Below are positions 51,125-62,884 of a stretch of 64,000 bases of DNA, piece by piece. The DNA is taken from NCBI GenBank assembly GCA_009103225.1, contig RHPI01003009.1:148091-212090 (forward strand). Direction: 5' to 3'. Below the pieces are notes generated by a model. It searched no databases. It saw nothing but the letters and a program-made list of their open reading frames with translations, and was not told where the DNA came from. Source of the DNA: Chlorokybus atmophyticus (taxonomy: Eukaryota > Plantae > Mesostigma and Chlorokybus algae). How positions within the stretch are numbered: position 1 is the stretch's first letter; each line of letters opens with the position of its first letter. The position numbers and the translations under genes were made by a program.

Positions 51125-53865
51125 ATGGGGAAGGAGAGCGTGTCAAAGGAGCAGAATGAGAGGCATAGGCGGATCCTGGAACGGCTCATGCGACTGGAGG
51201 CCAACCGTCAGTGTGCCGACTGCCTGTCTCGGGGGCCCCGATGGGCCTCCGTCAACCTCGGGGTCTTTGTCTGCATCCAGTGCTCAGGCATCCATCGCTC
51301 CCTCGGCGTGCATGTCTCTCAGGTCAGCACTTGGGCAGCGCGTATGCTTGACTCAATCCACACTCACTCAGTCACTCACACATACACTAACACGCACTAT
51401 ATTTGGCCGATTTGTCATCATTGACTCTCACTCGATCAGGCCTTTGACTAGTGGTAGCTCGCAATCCTGCTTGTTGTCGTGCTATTCCTGTCGATGGCAA
51501 CGTATGCAACAGTTAACTGGCAGACAGACAGCTTGTTGTGCTTTAAGCGTACAAAAAGGTTGGAGCGAGTGCAAGTGAATGTGCGTTCCCTGATGTTAAG
51601 CATAGTAGAGCCAAGCATTGTGCGTTGCGCTTGTGCACAACTGTCAACGACAGCAATGACACGCTTGCAAGTAGTCGGTGCTAATATCTCAATCAGAGTG
51701 TGCACGTCCTGCATTCTGAAAGTGAAAAAGCAGTAACTCGATGGCAGGATCCTGACCTGGTTCAGGTTACTAAAATCTCATCACCAGGCGGTGTCCTCAC
51801 GCAATTGCATTGCTCAGGGTTCCCCTATGGCATAAGACATAGAAGTCAGTGGTGATGTCAGATTGTGGCACTGTCAGCGTGCAGGTTTTTTGGCATGTAG
51901 GTACAGATTTGTAACTTTCTCAACATGATATCATCAATTCAAATTGGCTTTGAGGCAATTGCCAGAAATTAATTTCGCAGTTGATAAATACAAGTAGCCA
52001 TTGGCCTGGATCAGTCAAGATGTCGAAGTGGCAGGAGTGTACTGCATGCTCTCTGCAGTTGCTTTGAAACAAGACAACATAAGTGGCCTCCTCAGCAGCA
52101 CTGGTTACTGTAGACGTAAACCTGAGGGGCATGACGCCACGCTTGGCACTTGTTTCTTACCGACCAGACTTAGCAAAAACCCATGAGGTTAAATCACAGC
52201 TAGAGGTTGAGAGCCAAACTGTTGTGGTGTGTTGTCCAGGTGCGATCCGCCACGCTAGACACATGGCTGCCGGAGCAGGTGGCGTTCATAGCTGGCATGG
52301 GCAACGCGCGGGCCAACGAGTATTGGGAGGCACATCTGCCGCCCAACTTCAAGCGGCCGCAGGAGTCAGATCGTCACGCGCTGGAGCAGTTCATCCGTGC
52401 CAAGTATGATAGGCGCGATTTTGCTCCACGCGGGCAGGCTCCACCTGAGCCGCTACCTCCCACAGACCCTGAAATTGCTGCAGCCGTGCCCGCATGGGCT
52501 GCCCGAGCTGCGCAGGCTGCTGCGACAAATCAGGCTCAGGCTCAGGCCAGTGCACAAGTGCAAGCTCAGGCTCAGACCACTGCTGCTCCCAAGCCACAAG
52601 CACAGACCAGCAGCCCTGCGTTCACACCAACAGTTGGTGCCCCTCCTCCGCCCGCCGGGTCCATCAGCGCAAAGGTGGCTGAAGCAACCGCGCGACACAA
52701 GAGCCACCTCAGTCAGCAGCATGGTGCTTCTCCCGCATCACCAACGGCCGCCCCAGTTGCTGCAGCCCCTCAACCCGCGGCTGCAGCACAGCATGATCTC
52801 ATGGATCTGTTGAGCCTGTCGGATGCGCTCCCTACCGCACCGGCTCCCGCTGCACCCGCAGCTGACTCGCATGCGCCTGCAGATGAGGCTGACTGGGATG
52901 ATTTCCAGAGCTCGCGGGCTGTTTTGGCACACGCAGCTGCCCCACCCCCCGCTGCTGCTGGTTCAAACCATGCTGGAGAGGACTTGTTTGCAGCCGTGTC
53001 GGTGCACACGCCCACTGCCAATGGCACCGCAGCATCAGTAAAACCAGCGGAGAAAAGCAAGGACTCCATTCTCGATCTGTTCAATCAGGTTTGTACTGTT
53101 GGTAGAGCTAGAAGCTGTGACACAAAATGATGATTAACTAGGCATACCTCGCATTGCGTATCATCGATGCCAACGCATTCTTTGTGCAGCCATCACGACC
53201 GCTGCCATTTGGAGGTGCGCCACCCCCGCAGGCATATCCACATAACATGCCCATGCCCCAAGGTATGCCATATGGTATGCCCCCCGCAGCTGGCGCCCCG
53301 CAATGGGCCGGACAACAGCAAGCTGCCGCGCATCCATTTGGGCATGCACCTCAGCAGGTGTGTGTTTCAGCTATACACCAACTTGGCTAAGAGTGTTGTG
53401 TGGCGCTGACTCATATATATGCGTGCAGCAGCCGTGGGCAGGCGGTGCCCCAGCATACGGCCAGCATGGTGGCGCTCCGGGGCACTTGTAAGTGGACCTA
53501 TGTTAACCGCTTCCCTGTTTGTGCTTGGGTCCAGGCGTGTGGTTGTCTGCTCGGTTGTCGCATTGTGACAACTGTTTGTGATGCCTTGTCACCCAATACT
53601 TGGGTCGCATGGACTCACACTCCGTTGTTGCAGTGCGACAGCCAATGGGATGCATGCTGGTTTCATGGGACCAACTGGAGCGTCACACAATGCCAACGCT
53701 GCAGCTGTGCACCCGATGCCGCACATGACCTCGGGAGCAGCCATGTTGCCAGGAAACATGACTGCGCCCCTCACCCGAAACTCGTCCTCTCCACTCAACA
53801 TGGGTGTGGTGACCAAGACAGCAGGCGCAGATCGCTCCTTGTTTCAAGATCTTGGCAAGTTCTAG
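51125..53865 (+). CDS. ADP-ribosylation factor GTPase-activating protein (SMAP/AGD5-like)
   Basis: CADCLSRGPRWASVNLGVFVCIQCSGIHRSLGVHVSQ|VRSATLD, GNARANEYWEA, FIRAKY; Pro/Ala-rich middle with DLMDLL, DWDDF and SKDSILDLF; Met-rich C-terminus. Confidence 0.95.
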
Positions 53866-54991
53866 TTGCGGCACAGATTGTTGCAAACCAGTGACATGCA
53901 TGTATCAGTAGTATTGTTATAGCATTGATTTGTTGGGTAGAGTTGTGCCACCTCCCAAACACCTATTGTGGTACAGCCCATAAGCATGAGGCCATTGGCA
54001 GTTGGCTGCAAAAGAAAGCTTGAGTAGAAACGGTTGCTGTGCAAGCCAGATCACCACAGATACCAAGGCAGTTGTGTTGGCTGCTTCAATGATGATGGCA
54101 TTCTTGACTTACATGCTGCATCTACAGTACATACCGTCACAACTGCAAGCTCCAGGCTGTTGGCTGCTGCCGAAACGTGTGCAAGATGCTGCTGCTGCAC
54201 AGGTTGGATGCTTCTTTTGTTAAGACATCAATGACACCAATACCATAATGCAAGATGTTATCCGCAGGCCCACCAACAGATGCGTATGCTGCACTGGCGA
54301 TGAAGTGAAGCGTGCTGGCGGCTGCACCTGTGGCAATTATCGTGCTTTGAACTCCTGTGTGCTTCATCTGATTGCGCGTGTGGTGTGGTGTGCTAATGAG
54401 CTGGACACGCTGTAGCAACCCATGTATATCTGGAAACAACTCCCTCTTGCATCTTTTGTGCACCTCTCTATCTACTACTAGTACATCTGCACCAGTGCAG
54501 TCATACACAGTGTTTGTGCATTATATACCACAATCAAGAGTGTGCATGCATAGTGTTCAACTAGTTGAATTCATCGCAGCACAAGCTTAAGGTAAGGTAC
54601 ACTGTTGTGCTCTCATGATGCCATGAGGGTGACATCGCACTCCGTGCACTATTGGGATTGGAGACCGCACCTCACACCAACTGCACCATGCAGCCTTTGG
54701 TGGGCAACCGCTGCACACCTTTGCTTCACCCTGTTGGTTGCGATGGTGCCCAAATGCATGCGGTAGTCATTTGCAGGGCAGTGCACAGCCTTCAAAGTGC
54801 GCTACAGCGGCAGGCAGAAGGCAGTAAGACAACGCAAAGCCACCGGCAGACATGAATGGTGCTGTCATGTTAGCAGCAGCCAACACCCACCCATTAGTCG
54901 AGTTGTCACTCACAATGTGCTCCCTACAATAAAGCAAACACTGCTGGCACTCTGCAAGCCCTATACTTCCTACAACAGTCGCTCGCACATG

Positions 54992-56852
54992 TCACCTTGC
55001 TGGCAACTCTTCCTGTCTGCTTTGCAATGCTTGCCGAAACCTGCGTAGGACATATGTCTTGTGAGCCCATCTGCTGTTGTCTTGAGACAAAAAGCGCCCC
55101 CCCCCCCANNNNNNNNNNNNNNNNNNNNNNNNNNNNNNNNNNNNNNNNNNNNNNNNNNNNNNNNNNNNNNNNNNNNNNNNNNNNNNNNNNNNNNNNNNNN
55201 NNNNNNNNNNNNNNNNNNNNNNNNNNNNNNNNNNNNNNNNNNNNNNNNNNNNNNNNNNNNNNNNNNNNNNNNNNNNNNNNNNNNNNNNNNNNNNNNNNNN
55301 NNNNNNNNNNNNNNNNNNNNNNNNNNNNNNNNNNNNNNNNNNNNNNNNNNNNNNNNNNNNNNNNNNNNNNNNNNNNNNNNNNNNNNNNNNNNNNNNNNNN
55401 NNNNNNNNNNNNNNNNNNNNNNNNNNNNNNNNNNNNNNNNNNNNNNNNNNNNNNNNNNNNNNNNNNNNNNNNNNNNNNNNNNNNNNNNNNNNNNNNNNNN
55501 NNNNNNNNNNNNNNNNNNNNNNNNNNNNCCCCCCTCCCCAACCATACCTGCAAAGGTCTTTGATGGAGATGAGTGCCAGCTTGTGCTCATTGGCAAAGGC
55601 TTGCAGCTGTGGCAGGCGCATCATGCTGCCATCATCATTCACCAGCTCGCAAAGAATCCCCGCTGGAGTGCAGCCTGCCAACCTGGCCAAATCCACTGCC
55701 GCCTCTGTGTGCCCAGGCCTGGTCAACACACCACCTTCACGATATCTAGCACAATGAACAGGCGATTTAGTCAAGCAATGAACCACATACACAACATCCG
55801 TTGCGACCAGATTGTAAGCACTTGCCGCAGTGGGAACATGTGGCCTGGCCTCCTAAATTCCTCAGCAGTGCTTGTTGAGTTTGCAAGCTGCAGCACTGTT
55901 GTGGCGCGGTCGGCGGCTGATATGCCGGTGGAGTTGCTGATGTGATCGCAGGAGACTGTAAAAGCTGTATACATTGACTCGTTGTTTGCCTTATCATCCA
56001 CCATTGGCGGGAGGTTCAGCTCGTCCAACCGCTCACCCTCCATTGCTATGCACACCAACCCCGACGTGTGCCTGATCATCCACGCCATGGACTGCGCAGT
56101 GACCTGCCACACACATACAGTGCAACTGAGTACACAAAAGTCGCACTCATCATGCATCAAACCTGACAAGAAGTCTTCAATTTACCGATTCTCCCAATAA
56201 AGCTCATGCAACCAGTAATGGCAGAGTCAACATGCCCCTGCACCCGCATACTCCCAAACCAGCACTCTGTTGTTGTTGTATAACGTACTGTGTGTATGAT
56301 GAACAATTAGCTGGGAACAGCGCGCATGGCATGTAAGCTGAGGTGCCTACCATGTTGGTGCACTGGCTGCTAAGCGCTCGTGCACAAGATCGACCAGCTA
56401 ACAAGTACAACGAAATGAAATTGAACTTTACTGCTTCTTCTAACCTTGTCCGCAGCCATGATGAGATCACCCTCGTTCTCCCTGTCCTCATCATCGACAA
56501 CCACAACAAAGCGGCCGGCGGCGACTTCCTCCAGAGCAGCAGGGATAGAGTCAAGGACGCTTGAGGAGGCGGAAGCATCATCAGTTTCTACAGCACTGCT
56601 GGACGACACGGCCGGCTCTGCTGAAACCCTAGGAGGAGGGATGGAGGCGGCCCTGTGCGCGCGGCTTGCCTCCAGCACAGCGGAGGCGGCGGCAGCTCGA
56701 GAACGTGATGGCATGCAGCATGCTGCAGCTGGGGGCTCGGCGCCCTTCACACCTGCCCTCCTATAGCTGACCCCGGACGACAGGCCTGCCGTTAAGTCTG
56801 CTGCTGCCACGACACTCCCCACCACTGCCGGCCGCGCCGTGGCCAACGCCAT
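54992..56852 (-). CDS. ribB: Stand-alone 3,4-dihydroxy-2-butanone 4-phosphate synthase with a predicted plastid transit peptide
   Basis: [100 protein letters not shown]. The last exon (acceptor near 55040) gives [16 protein letters not shown]. The last intron contains the 420-N gap. Confidence 0.9.
55109..55528. other. Assembly gap (420 N) flanked by poly-C; other gaps at 16627-16637, 18170-18257, 49953-49976 and 50339-50358
   Basis: Runs of N, mostly bordered by G/C homopolymers. Confidence 0.99.
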
Positions 56853-57545
56853 GCCTGCCGCTCACTCGCCCGCTTCTTGCTTGCCCCTGCAGTACTACCA
56901 CCCACAAGCTCCTCCGCAGCCTGTCCTCCTTCTCTCCACACACTTAATCCACCTCCACCACTGCCACCTCCTGCTCCTTGTCCTCACCACCGCCCGCCTC
57001 AACCGCCGCCGCCGCCGCCGCCGCCGCCGCTGAGTCCCGCATGCGCACCAATGTCCTGAAACCGGTTGCAAAACGCATGTCGATGAAGCTGAGAAGTTCA
57101 GGTCCTAATCCCCTGGCGCAGTGAGTCACTGCCAGTGACACTGCGGCAGCGTGCTTGATGTCACCAGTTTGCTTTGGTCCCAAATAGCAAAGGACCGGCC
57201 AATCTGCTTGGTCCTGGCTTGAACGGGGTGTGTTCATCTGGGGTACATCATGAAACACACGGCTGGCGTTTGCTCTGATGGAGGCCACACAAGTGGCGGG
57301 CTTCGACGCCGTTTCGGCTCGCGCTAACCCAGGAAACCTGAAATCGAGGACTTTCGCCGCTTGCAGTGGTAGAATCTGTCTGATATCGACTTTTGCAGGG
57401 GCTAAGTAACCTGTTTCTGGGTCGCGTATTAGCCAAGCTGCGTACGGTGAGTGCCAGCGTGGCGGGTTGGCCTGGCCTGGTCTCGCCTGGCCGAGTCTGG
57501 TCTGGTGTGGTCTGAGCGTCGAGTGTGGTTAGGGCTGGTGGCGGA

Positions 57546-60093
57546 ATGGCGAGCGCAGTTGCGTCAGCAGCTGTAGCGGGGGCAGTAGCTGTCGGCAGCA
57601 GCGGAAGGAGCTTGGAGTCCAGGCGGCAGCAGGAGCAGCAGCCACAGGCGGTCAAGGCTTCAGGCTCGCTCCTGCGCGTCACCGGCCTGCGGTCTGCTTC
57701 AAGGGCTGAATCACGCTCGTCTGTGCTGTCCATTCGCTGCCAGTCGCAGAGAACACCAGCTACAATGAGCGCCGCCACTGCCACTACCACCCCCAGAGGC
57801 ATGTGTGTTCAGGGCACTCGGCTACAGCTTACCGTGTGTGCAGCAAAGAGAAGGCTTGGGACAAACATACACGCGCATTTGCCCTGCAATTGGCTTTCTT
57901 CACGCAAAAAGCACATTTAGTCCAAAGTGAAGCGTGCCGTGAACTCTGTGTGATCAAATGCAAGCGGTCTGCATTGCAACATGTCTATGTGCGTGCCTCT
58001 GAATATGTGCGCGGGGGAAGAGGGGAGAAGAGGGGGGGGGGGGGGGGGTTTCTTGCAGCCGTCGCTGACAATGGTCATTTGTTGTGTGCAGCTCCGAGGA
58101 TTAGCGAAGCTGAGAAGTCTACCCTGATCGACTCTGTCAAGACATTCATCTTCGACTGCGATGGTAGAAGCAGCATTGCTTGCTGACGTAGTTGCTTGAT
58201 GTGCTGCAACGCATTGGTAAGCATGCAATGCAGCAGCTAGTAGTTGACCGGCGGCAACTGACATTGGCAGGTGTTATCTGGAAGGGAGACGTCCTGATTG
58301 AGGGAGTTCCAGAAACTCTTGACATGTTGCGACGGATGGTGAGTTGGCCTGAGATTGGAATTGATCCAAACAATCAACCTGTACACCAGCTCAACTTGCC
58401 ATGTACTTGCTGAACAGGGCAAGAAGCTCATTTTTGTAACAAACAACTCCACAAAGTCGCGCAAGCAGTACTTGTCCAAGTTCACAAGCCTGGGGCTCAC
58501 AGTTCAGGAGGAGGAAATCTTTTCCTCATCTTTTGCAGCAGCTGCCTACTTGCAGTCGATCAACTTCAACAAGAAGGTCTATGTTGTTGGCGAAGGCGGC
58601 ATTCAGAAAGAGCTGGACTTGGCAGGCATCAAGCACTCTGGTGGCCCGGTACGTTACACAAAGCCTGGTGTAAGGTCACAGCATGTCTGCCTGGCACCAA
58701 ACATGCCTTGCCTGGTGGTTGGGGGGGGAGGGGTGGCGGGGGGAGGGGGGCGCACACCGGACAAGTTGCATTGCACAAATGTACATACATTGCATCAATA
58801 TGCGAGCGCCTCATGCATTAACGTATTGTATAGGAGGATGGCTCGAAGCAGATTGAACTTGCTCCCGGGTCATACATGGAGCATGACCATGAGGTAGGCC
58901 GGTGCTGTCGTTTGCACGCAGATTGCTTTTTATGTGCGTGATCAGTCGTCGTCATTATCGATAGCTGCAACATTATAGTTCCATGTGAAGTTCAGTAGTA
59001 GTGCAGCCTGTGCGATCACTGAGGGTTGGTGTTGGCAATGCAGGTTGGTGCAGTCGTTGTAGGATTTGACAGGTACATCAACTACTACAAGCTGCAGTAC
59101 GCTACGCTGTGCCTAAGAGAGAATCCTGGCTGCAAGTTCATCGCCACCAACATGGATGCCGTCACCCACCTGACTGACGCTCAGGAATGGGCAGGTACTT
59201 ATAAACATTTGGATGCGGGCATGTGCCTTGCAAAGGCTAAAATCCCACCAACTAACCTGATTTCCTGATCAGGTGGAGGCTCCATGGTTGGTGCAATTGC
59301 TGGCTCCAGTGGCAAAAAGCCACATGTTGTCGGCAAGCCGTCTATATTCATGCTGGACTGGATGGCTGACAAGTACGTCGCATTGCATACAAATGTTCCT
59401 TGCGTGCTATTGCTTGTTGCAAGTGGTTGTACACATGCACACGTCCGTATTCACACACTGACGTTTGGGGTCCCTTCTGCATGGAAGGATGGCATATGCA
59501 GACGATTCGTCTTTGTGCCCGACTGCCTGTTGCAAGTGCATGGCAGGATGGCACATGTCATGATTCACCTCAAGAGCATTGGGCTTGACAAGCATTTTCG
59601 CTTACCAAGTCAGTGCGCACGCAGGTTTGGAATTAAGAAAAGCGAGATCTGTATGGTAGGAGATAGGCTGGACACAGACATCCTCTTTGGCCAGAATGGT
59701 GGCTGCCGCACGCTCCTTGTTCTCAGTGGTACGTTATGCTATGTGCGGAGTGCTGGTGGTTGAGCTGCATACCGGTCGAGCTGCAGCCATTGCCAGAAGT
59801 TGACATGCATCAGGATGTAGGCTTGACGTGCGTGTGCGTGTGCGCGTGTGTGTGTGGACTTGGCGTGCGTGCGCGCTTTCAGGCTTGCGCACACATGCAC
59901 ACGGATGCACGTGTATGCGTGTGTGAATGGTTGTGCATAGGCCAGGTGTTGTCTATCAACCTTTTGTTATGCACCTTGTGCTACAGGTGTTACCACTGAG
60001 AAGGTGCTGTTGAGTCCTGAAAACAACATCCAACCTGACTTCTACACGGACAAGCTCGGCGACTTGGTGACAGCAGCCAAAGCACTTGTATAG
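57546..60093 (+). CDS. PGLP1: 2-phosphoglycolate phosphatase, plastid-targeted (HAD IIA)
   Basis: Ser/Ala-rich presequence; LIDSVKTFIFDCDGVIWKG, FVTNNSTKSRKQY, VGAVVVGFDRYINYYKLQYATLC, FIATNMDAVTHLTDAQEWA, VGKPS, MVGDRLDTDILFG, TLLVLSGVT. Confidence 0.96.
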
Positions 60094-60780
60094 CCGGCTG
60101 TAATTTGTTAGTTGTTTATTATTGATACATTCGGCCTATGTAACAGTGCTGTTTACCAATACCGCTGGCAGTGCACATGATGAAATTGCAGGTGGGTTAG
60201 GTTGCAGTGGTTGATGAGCTGCAAGGGTGCAGTACGGGCTTTTGAAGCATATGTGACAAACACCGGAGCACATGACCCGCCTTGCATCTTTTGTACACTA
60301 TATCGATAACATCATGGCTTGTCATAGCTTTTGCTTCATGCGATGTCAATGGAAGTAACATGTTTCTTGACGAGGACGTTGTTGATCATGGATGGACATG
60401 CGGGGCCCATTCATGATGCTTACGGCCTTGGCACACTTGGCAAAAGGTTGCACTCCCCGTCATGGTTAGCATGGTTTTGCAATAGATTTCACATCTTGGG
60501 TATGATGCTATTGTAGTAGAGCTAGAACACTCCATACATCATGCTCGGCGATACCCTCATATTGCATGTACATGTTGCATAACCCCACCACCCAACCTGG
60601 CTGGCTGCACCTAACCAGCGCATGCAACACTTGCTGCTGAGCAACACGCGCGCCGACCGGGCAGGGCAGAGGGGCCCTCAGCAAGGGTTACAACATGCCT
60701 TCCCACATCCATTCCAGATTGGTACGACCCAACGTTGCGTCTGCACCTCTGGCGGCGCTCGCACTGACCAGTTCGTTGGG

Positions 60781-61060
60781 GGTTGACGTGTGGGGCGGGC
60801 GGCAGACCATAGAGCACTGCACATCACCGCATTTGTCTTGCCGCTATTCAAGGACACACCATCGCCTCCTGCCTATGACTCATAGGTTGGTACTGCCGTT
60901 GGTTGCTGCTGCTGCCGCCTCCTACTGCACGACACGCATAGCACATAGGGCACTTGGTGTAGATTAGATAGAAGGCCCTGGGTGTAATAGTTGTGTGTTT
61001 ACTTGTTCATGCTAGCTTGATCCTGCATGTTGCGCGTTTGCACAATGAGCATGTGTGTGT
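60781..61060 (+). repeat. Dispersed repeat, copy B (homologous to 29373-29654)
   Basis: Same collinear blocks as copy A. Confidence 0.7.
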
Positions 61061-62884
61061 GTATAATGCTATGATGTATACGCTATGCCACGCTGAGTGG
61101 GAAGGGCGGGAATGGGGCTGTGGATGAAGGAGAACTGGAGAGTGGGAGGGGGAGTCCGTCTGCTACTGCTGCTACTTGTTGATGCTGCGAAATATTAGAA
61201 GAATAACTAACTGCACACGTGTGCAGATAGTGATAAAAAAAACATGCATGCATGTATGTCCAACGGGGGGTTTAAGGGTAGTTGGAGTAGCTAAGTTGTA
61301 TGGCTAAACCCCGGTGGTGAATAAACGCTGCAAGATGGTGAGCATTGTGCGCAATGCATGTGTCGTGCATGTTACATGCATCACTTGCATTTTCTATAAA
61401 CATAACATGAAGGAAAACCATAAAACTATTATCTTGTTAAGTCGCGCATAGTTGATATGCACTTTTGTTGAGTATGCAATGCAAGACCCATTTCTTGTCA
61501 CGCGGTATGTCAATGCATGCGCTTTGCATCGCGATCAATGTAATATTATACACATGCTCATAACGCATTATGCGTATATCCTGTCCAGTAGGATTAATGC
61601 AAGTGATATACACGCACGGGCGCATATATAGCAATTAAGCAAACGGTGAGCACAACAGTATGCCAATATATTACAACAGGGGCTTGCACTTAGCTACGTG
61701 TCTTAGCTTATGAGTGCAATATGGCGGAGACATAGGCAAGCAGACCTGTGCAACAGGTGCTCAGCAGAGGGGTAATAACGGGGCAAGCGTCAGGAAGCTG
61801 CCAACCAGCGAGACTTTGACATTCTTCTCAAAAGACTTTGGCACGGCTTGTCGGCTCCTATTAGGCCTACCTCATCCACTGCTGAGTGGAGTGGAGCGCT
61901 ACGCGTCACGCAATGTTGGACACACACAGCTAGCGCGTACAAGCTACTGCAATGCAGCTTTGGCTAGCAGCGTGACGTCGTGCATGATGATGCCGTTACA
62001 ATGCGGTGTTCTTTGTCTTGCATGATTACACAATAAGCAGATAGCAGCAAAGCTTTTTGCCCATGTTGCCCGGTGAGACGAGCGGACGCATGATGGATTT
62101 AATGGCCACTTCTCCAAATTTGGATCAGCGCCTCTTGTTTAACACTACCATCACAGCCGCCATTACCACCCTGCCGGCTGATGTTCGTGCTGTTGAGGAT
62201 GAAAACGCCGCAAGTATGCTGACCACTTTGCTGGCAACGTGTTCATTCCTTCGATAGTGGAGGTGCACGGATCCTTTAGCAAGGCATTGCGGATTGCTAT
62301 AGCTATGTGTGACAACGGCCTTACGAATGAGGCAGTTCGACTTGCAGTACTTGTACAGGTTTGTCGCCCGCCACTGTCAGCAGGTGGCGGTCCAACTTTA
62401 GTGCGCACAGGCGAAAGCGCTTTTGGCTAAGGCGCATTTGGCAGTTTCAACAGTTCCAGGGCGTGCGCCATTTGCCCCGCGCATAGTATACCACGTTGAC
62501 AAAGGTAGTAGCGACGTTGGAGTAGTTGTGCAACTGCACACACCAGTAGCTATCGAGTGTTGATAGGGTTCATAATAACGTAGTTGTCGTTGACCTACAT
62601 GCGACCTTTTTAAATAGTTATGTTGAGTTTTTTGCACTATTTCTATTTGATAATATATTGGTCGTTGTGTGGCAGAAAGCTTAGGCAGAGCGCATCTGGT
62701 GCGTGCTATATTGTGCAAATTGTCGCCAGCTACGGCGGCTGTAATCTTGAGGTCAAAATCGAGTTTTACGGGGCAAACGCGTGAAACGATCCCAGCCGGC
62801 TATGTATATACATGAAGCATAACATGGCAACTTACAACAGCCTAAAACTCTTTAACATACACGAAATATATGGATCAACAAGTA

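Noticed and set aside
51323-52239. Possible intronic snoRNA in the long ArfGAP intron 1
   Set aside because: No convincing C box/D box pair with a terminal stem.
54924-55945. Long ORFs containing X runs
   Set aside because: Artefacts of reading through the N-gap.
56853-57300. Possible FMN riboswitch upstream of the DHBP synthase
   Set aside because: No RFN consensus segments were seen.
62420-62431. CTTTTGGCTAAG, matching part of the U2 snRNA 5' end
   Set aside because: Only 12 nt match; the flanking U2 sequence and branch-pairing motif are absent.
62405-62450. G*GAFG resembling a kinase glycine-rich loop
   Set aside because: Contains a stop, and no VAIK, HRD or DFG motifs were found nearby.
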